Of a DNA stretch of 20,163 nt, positions 16,090 to 20,163 are shown piece after piece. The notes under the pieces were generated by a model, which did not search any database, was not told where the DNA came from, and saw only the letters and a list, made by a program, of their open reading frames with translations. The stretch comes from a virus (taxonomy: Duplodnaviria; Heunggongvirae; Uroviricota; Caudoviricetes): the IMG/VR virus record IMGVR_UViG_2718218396_000005; one strand, given 5' to 3'. The stretch's first letter is position 1. Each line of letters starts with the position of its first letter. The position numbers and the translations under genes are program-made.

Positions 16090-16181
16090 TTTATATCTCC
16101 GTTATTTACGTGTGCGAATACCTCCGCGAATGCGGATAGTTTTCAGGTTTTCGGGTTTAATCTGGTGTTCTGTTTAAGCTG

Positions 16182-16295
16182 TTATTTGTCAGTGAAAAAG
16201 CGTTCAATCTTTTTTACTGAATGAATAATTCGCATAATCCCAATGGCGCAGGCCACCGAAATAATCAGAACAAGCCATGAGATAAATATACTCAT
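16182..16295 (-). CDS. Unlisted small ORF encoding a 37-aa single-pass hydrophobic peptide (MSIFISWLVLIISVACAIGIMRIIHSVKKIERFFTDK)
   Basis: ATG at 16295-16293 overlaps the TGA stop of the upstream 80-aa gene (ATGA coupling). About 20 hydrophobic residues are followed by a basic amphipathic tail, and the stop is at 16184-16182. Too short for the supplied ORF track. Confidence 0.45.
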   Translation of the reverse strand: MSIFISWLVLIISVACAIGIMRIIHSVKKIERFFTDK

Positions 16296-16534
16296 GCGAT
16301 ATTCCCCAGCTTATATGGTTCAATGTGTTCCCCGCATTCTGCGGCACAGATCAGCTCGGAAAGTTCGTTAAGTGCATCCAGATCATCAGCGTAAAAAGCA
16401 ACGTCATACAAACTCCGGATTGCCCTGGTCAATGAGTCACGGGCTGCACGTTCAGCATGAGCGCCTGATGCACTTAAGCGAAAATAAAATCGTTCAGGTG
16501 CTTTGTTAATGAGAGTTTTATATTCTTTGCCCAT
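16292..16534 (-). CDS. Hypothetical early-operon protein (80 aa)
   Basis: ORF in the track. No family recognised. Confidence 0.55.
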   Translation of the reverse strand: MGKEYKTLINKAPERFYFRLSASGAHAERAARDSLTRAIRSLYDVAFYADDLDALNELSELICAAECGEHIEPYKLGNIA

Positions 16535-16545
16535 CGCAACGCCCT

Positions 16546-16824
16546 TTAATCTGCTTTCTGAATTTCAGCTTCTGAATCCATACAAATAATTTCGATATAG
16601 GGTTCATCGCCATTAACCTGACGAGCCTTTTCAGCTTCGCTAATGATTTCTCGTACGGTCTGGTACGGAAGCTCCACAGTCAGGCGCGTACCGTTCAGAT
16701 AAACGTAAGTAGCTGCGTTTTTTTCGGATGGAACAATTCCGTCAATGGCTGATGCGCGTAATAACAGTTCACCGCGAAAATCAATAAAACGGATAAATAC
16801 ACCTTGTGCATGCTCTTTGGTCAT
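16546..16824 (-). CDS. Hypothetical early-operon protein (about 92 aa from the internal ATG)
   Basis: Track ORF 16546..16884. Start at 16824 (MTKEHAQG...) is preferred because the longer form would overlap the upstream gene by about 50 nt and an AGGTG RBS lies 6 nt upstream of 16824. Confidence 0.5.
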   Translation of the reverse strand: MTKEHAQGVFIRFIDFRGELLLRASAIDGIVPSEKNAATYVYLNGTRLTVELPYQTVREIISEAEKARQVNGDEPYIEIICMDSEAEIQKAD

Positions 16825-16834
16825 AAAGCACCTG

Positions 16835-17185
16835 TTATAAATCAGCCTGTTTAATAAAACTTTGCCCGCGAAGCAGACGATCAACCGTGCGAAGTGCTTC
16901 GTATAATGTGAAATCCTGCCCGAAGTGATTGTCGCCGCAGTTCAATGCAAAAATGCGGTTCCCGGTAAACGGATTGCGTGGGCATTTGTGGACCACGATT
17001 CCAGCTTTCTCAATCAGCCAGGCATGTTCGCCGATTTGTTTTACAGCGTGGCCATCCGGTGTTGCATGCGTCTCGTTCAGGTTATAGCGACTGTTACTAC
17101 GTGATGCACTGGTAGCGACGTGGTGTACATGGCGTTCTACGCCATTACGAAATTTGGAGTATGGATTATTAGCGTTTTTTTTCAT
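16835..17185 (-). CDS. Hypothetical early-operon protein (116 aa), His/Cys-containing
   Basis: ORF in the track. No family recognised. Confidence 0.55.
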   Translation of the reverse strand: MKKNANNPYSKFRNGVERHVHHVATSASRSNSRYNLNETHATPDGHAVKQIGEHAWLIEKAGIVVHKCPRNPFTGNRIFALNCGDNHFGQDFTLYEALRTVDRLLRGQSFIKQADL

Positions 17186-17206
17186 GATGGTGCTCTGTTC
17201 ATTGTT

Positions 17207-17410
17207 TTAGCTGTTAGCCAAAGCGTCTTTTAACATCGCCACAAGGTTTACTTCAGGCTTTTCCATTTTGGCGCGTTTGGGGCGGATAATAATTCGACCG
17301 TCAGCCAACATCTTTTTGCATGTATTAAGAGGGATACCTGTTATCTCTGCATATTTCTGCAGGGATACATAGGGGGCATTCACATTGATATTGATGGTTA
17401 TACCTGACAT
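17207..17410 (-). CDS. Cox/Apl-like small helix-turn-helix DNA-binding protein (excisionase/regulator-like)
   Basis: 67-aa ORF. The segment PYVSLQKYAEITGIPLNTCKKMLADGRIIIRP parallels the P2 Cox HTH region as I recall it (PYQEFAKLIGKSTGAVRRMIDKGKLPVI). It is the second gene of the lytic-side operon. Confidence 0.55.
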   Translation of the reverse strand: MSGITININVNAPYVSLQKYAEITGIPLNTCKKMLADGRIIIRPKRAKMEKPEVNLVAMLKDALANS

Positions 17411-17426
17411 CCCACTAGCCTCCTGA

Positions 17427-17633
17427 TCAGGAAGATTTGTTTTGTTCTTTCTGGGTTAGCTCTAGGCCGCGAAGGGAGATCATGCGCGCCATGTTAGAGG
17501 ATGAGCGTTGTTCTTTAGCTGCCATTTCATCAATGACGGCTCGCTCCTCGAGGGACAGCCGAAGTGCCAGTCTTGGACCTGTGGCGGTGTTACGCGGAAT
17601 GCGTGATCTGGTATCGTGAAGAACTTGTTTCAT
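17427..17633 (-). CDS. Ribbon-helix-helix (CopG/Arc-like) regulator, first gene of the lytic-side operon (Cro/Apl-equivalent position)
   Basis: 68-aa ORF. RLSLEERAVIDEMAAKEQRSSSNMARMI has the beta-strand plus helix pattern of RHH proteins. It is divergent from the repressor gene. Confidence 0.55.
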   Translation of the reverse strand: MKQVLHDTRSRIPRNTATGPRLALRLSLEERAVIDEMAAKEQRSSSNMARMISLRGLELTQKEQNKSS

Positions 17634-17675
17634 AGTGGTATATTGTGATCATCTAATAGCTCGTGAAATCATTTT

Positions 17676-17693
17676 GGTATCAAAAAAGATACC
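17676..17693. promoter_or_regulatory. Candidate operator: perfect palindrome GGTATC-N6-GATACC in the divergent switch region
   Basis: GGTATCAAAAAAGATACC at 17676-17693, 15 nt upstream of the repressor ATG. Further GGTAT half-sites occur at 17636-17640 and 17609-17613. Confidence 0.4.
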
Positions 17694-17708
17694 TGTCAAG
17701 GTTTTTGT

Positions 17709-18113
17709 ATGAAAAATGATATTGGTCGGCGGTTGCGTGAGGAAAGGGAAAGATTGGGACTTAGTCAAGTTGCCATGAGCGACATTGGTGGAGTCAAAAA
17801 GCTAACTCAGCTTAGATATGAGAAAGGAGATAGCTTTCCTGATGCTGCGTATTTGGCAGCGCTGTCTCGTTTTGGCCTTGATGTTCAGTATGTTGTGTTG
17901 GGAATTCACTCACCTGAAACTTATAACGATGATGAGCAGGAATTGATTACTCGCTTTCGAGCAGCTTCGTTAGATGTGAAAAACGCGGTGATTGGGGCTT
18001 TAAAAGGTGCGATCAGTGAAAAGGAAACTCAGCCATCAGGACGTGAGTTAAATATTTCTGGTGGTAATAACCGTATCGCTGGTCGTGACTATAACGAAAC
18101 TAAGGGTAGGTGA
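17709..18113 (+). CDS. XRE-family helix-turn-helix immunity repressor (P2 C / 186 CI equivalent)
   Basis: 134-aa ORF with an N-terminal HTH (RLREERERLGLSQVAMSDIGGVKKLTQLRYEKGDSFPDAAYLAALSRFGLDVQYVV). It is divergent from the Cox-like operon and co-directional with int, as in P2/186. Confidence 0.75.
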   Translation: MKNDIGRRLREERERLGLSQVAMSDIGGVKKLTQLRYEKGDSFPDAAYLAALSRFGLDVQYVVLGIHSPETYNDDEQELITRFRAASLDVKNAVIGALKGAISEKETQPSGRELNISGGNNRIAGRDYNETKGR

Positions 18114-18128
18114 TAGTAGGGAGGTGAC

Positions 18129-18779
18129 ATGGCCGTCAACTCAAACGGTTCAAACAATCGCGTTGCTGGGCGTGATTTTCACGAAAAGAATATTCAGATA
18201 GAGCGATATGATGGTTCTCATACCGTCAATATCGCAATCCCTTCGAATAATGATGATGACGATCGCCCTTTGCTTAAGGCTCAGCGTAAGGAGCTAAATA
18301 GCTTGGTTGCTGCTATTGCAGAAGCTAGCAATACTGAAGCGTTTATTATTTGGCAAAAAGTACATGCGGAGATTGGTGTAGCTGGTATTGATGATATGAC
18401 AGTAAATCAATATAAAACAGCGGAGAGTTTTCTGCATGCAATGCTTGAGCGATGTAAAGATCATGATGCCTGTAAGGCTCTTGTAAGTTTATTACTACGT
18501 AACAGTGAAGACTGTGGACTTCGACAAAAACTTCTGCGGTATTGCCATATCAATTTCGGTACAGGACGTTTAAACGATCTTACTCGTTCTCAGTTACAGT
18601 CTGCATTGTCGTGGTTAGAGCAACAATCGGCATCAAGCCACATAGAGAGTTCGACCTTACCAGAAGTCCGACTTCGTGCTTCAGAATTAATCCGACTTTA
18701 TCCAAAAGAAATAATATTCTTTATCTGCGTAGGGGTTTTGGTAGGCGGTGTCATTTCTAGGGCGTTTTTTAATTTGTAA
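18129..18779 (+). CDS. Hypothetical tail-anchored membrane protein (216 aa); AT-rich cargo gene between repressor and integrase
   Basis: ORF in the track with a GGGAGG RBS at 18118-18123. Soluble N-terminal domain plus a C-terminal hydrophobic segment (IIFFICVGVLVGGVISRAFF). Its N-terminus repeats a motif from the repressor C-terminus. Confidence 0.6.
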   Translation: MAVNSNGSNNRVAGRDFHEKNIQIERYDGSHTVNIAIPSNNDDDDRPLLKAQRKELNSLVAAIAEASNTEAFIIWQKVHAEIGVAGIDDMTVNQYKTAESFLHAMLERCKDHDACKALVSLLLRNSEDCGLRQKLLRYCHINFGTGRLNDLTRSQLQSALSWLEQQSASSHIESSTLPEVRLRASELIRLYPKEIIFFICVGVLVGGVISRAFFNL

Positions 18780-18808
18780 TCTTACTTGAGCTAAATTGAG
18801 GTAATGAT

Positions 18809-19156
18809 ATGAAAGTAAAAAAGGTTCAACTATTAGTTACTTTTTTATCTATGTTTTCTTTTTCCGCCGTCGCAATGCCTTTTAAAACTATTGAACGTGA
18901 GAGTTTCAATGGGGTATGGCCATTTAATACTGATGAGGTTCAATTACAGTGTCTTGATGGTAATCCTTATGTGATGAATTTTGACGATAATAAGTTATAT
19001 GCACTTACAGGTTTGGCTCGAATAAAAGGTAAAACATTTGGTGCGTTACCGTTAGATAACAATAATCCATTTTGGCTAGATAATGATGCCGCCCCAGGGT
19101 TAAAAAAGAGTCTGGGGGATGTCACTAAGGCTGCATTTGATTTATGTGATAAGTAA
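18809..19156 (+). CDS. Hypothetical small exported protein (115 aa) with N-terminal signal peptide; AT-rich cargo gene
   Basis: ORF in the track with an N-terminal hydrophobic stretch ending in an AVA-type motif (LVTFLSMFSFSAVAMPF). Two cysteines (C48, C113) could form a disulfide. Confidence 0.6.
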   Translation: MKVKKVQLLVTFLSMFSFSAVAMPFKTIERESFNGVWPFNTDEVQLQCLDGNPYVMNFDDNKLYALTGLARIKGKTFGALPLDNNNPFWLDNDAAPGLKKSLGDVTKAAFDLCDK

Positions 19157-19161
19157 CTAAA

Positions 19162-20163
19162 ATGTCGGTTCGTAAGATTCCATCAGGTAAATGGCTTTGT
19201 GAATGTTATCCCTACGGGGCATCGGGAAAACGCATTCGTAAACAGTTTGCGACAAAAAGTGAGGCGCTCTCTTATGAGCGCCGTTTAATGAATAGTAGAG
19301 TTGGAGACGAGTTTCAAGATGGTTCTGGTCCTCGTCTTTCTGAGTTGATTGCTCGTTGGTTTGAGATGTACGGTAAAACCTTGTCCTCTGGTGCAGAGCG
19401 CAAAGTCAAACTTGAGGCGATTTGTTCCAGGCTGGGAGATCCATTTGCTTCTCAGTTTGACAAAAATATGTTTGCTACTTATCGGGAAAGAAGGCTATCA
19501 GGAGAATGGAATCCCAAGGGGAAGAAAAAACTTAGTGAAGCAACCGTTAATCGCGAGCAGTCATATCTACATGCTGTTTTTGCCGAACTGAAGCGCCTTG
19601 GGGAGTGGTCTGGTGAAAACCCCCTGACTGGTATTCGCAAGTTTCGTGAGGAAGAAAAGGAACTGGCGTTTCTGTATGTAGATGAGATTGAACGCCTTCT
19701 GATTGCGTGTGATGAGTCACGGAATAAAGATTTGGGGGTTGTTGTCCGTATTGGGCTTGCGACTGGTGCTCGGTGGAGTGAAGCAGAAGGATTAAAGCAA
19801 TCTCAAGTACTGCCCGGTCGAATCACATTTGTTAAAACTAAAGGAAAGAAGAACCGCACTGTACCGATTTCACCTCAATTGCAAGCTATGCTTCCTAAAA
19901 AACGAGGAGCGCTATTTTCACCATGTTATGAGGCTTTTGACGCTGCAATTAAGAGAGCGAAGATCGAGCTTCCTGATGGGCAATTAACTCATGTGCTACG
20001 TCACACGTTTGCCAGTCATTTTATGATGCGGGGTGGAAATATTCTTGTGTTGCAAAAAATACTGGGGCATAGCGATATAAAAATGACTATGCGTTATGCG
20101 CATTTTGCTCCAGGTCATTTAGAGGCTGCTGTTGAATTGAACCCTTTTGACAATAGAGGGTAA
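19162..20163 (+). CDS. int: Tyrosine site-specific integrase (P2/186 Int family)
   Basis: 333-aa ORF ending exactly at the window edge. Catalytic signature near the C-terminus (..ATGARWSE.. / HVLRHTFASHFMMRGGNILVLQKILGHSDIKMTMRYAHF). Position and orientation relative to the repressor match P2. Confidence 0.9.
   Translation: MSVRKIPSGKWLCECYPYGASGKRIRKQFATKSEALSYERRLMNSRVGDEFQDGSGPRLSELIARWFEMYGKTLSSGAERKVKLEAICSRLGDPFASQFDKNMFATYRERRLSGEWNPKGKKKLSEATVNREQSYLHAVFAELKRLGEWSGENPLTGIRKFREEEKELAFLYVDEIERLLIACDESRNKDLGVVVRIGLATGARWSEAEGLKQSQVLPGRITFVKTKGKKNRTVPISPQLQAMLPKKRGALFSPCYEAFDAAIKRAKIELPDGQLTHVLRHTFASHFMMRGGNILVLQKILGHSDIKMTMRYAHFAPGHLEAAVELNPFDNRG

Noticed and set aside
1-20163. CRISPR arrays, tRNA or rRNA genes
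   Set aside because: No regularly spaced direct repeats and no cloverleaf-like conserved tRNA features were seen. The integrase ends at the window edge, so any tRNA attachment site would lie outside.

Overview
The window is a rearranged, IS-disrupted remnant of a P2/186-like temperate prophage of enterobacterial type, and the most interesting content is three low-GC cargo loci of uncertain function. The plus strand carries the tail sheath-tube-chaperone-tape measure-U operon (1746-7317), with a canonical -1 frameshift in the chaperone and an apparent 1-nt frameshift splitting the tape measure gene. The minus strand carries the 5' end of tail gene D interrupted by a complete IS629-like element (200-1509, 3-bp CTC target duplication), and a tail fibre assembly gene whose 5' end is cut by a second, 3'-truncated IS629 copy (8623-9679). 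It also carries a ParM/ParR actin-type partition cassette, a 940-aa rolling-circle replication initiator (gpA-like), and an early operon of small genes ending in Cox-like and ribbon-helix-helix regulators. An XRE-family repressor, two cargo genes and a tyrosine integrase (19162-20163) sit at the right edge. Capsid, lysis, baseplate and tail fibre genes are absent, and the FI-U block is inverted relative to D and tfa, so the prophage is almost certainly defective. The three cargo loci are a serine-acetyltransferase-like hexapeptide enzyme between U and tfa, ParMR downstream of A, and a membrane-anchored protein plus a secreted protein between repressor and integrase. All homology statements are from reading the translations and recalling family signatures; no searches were run.
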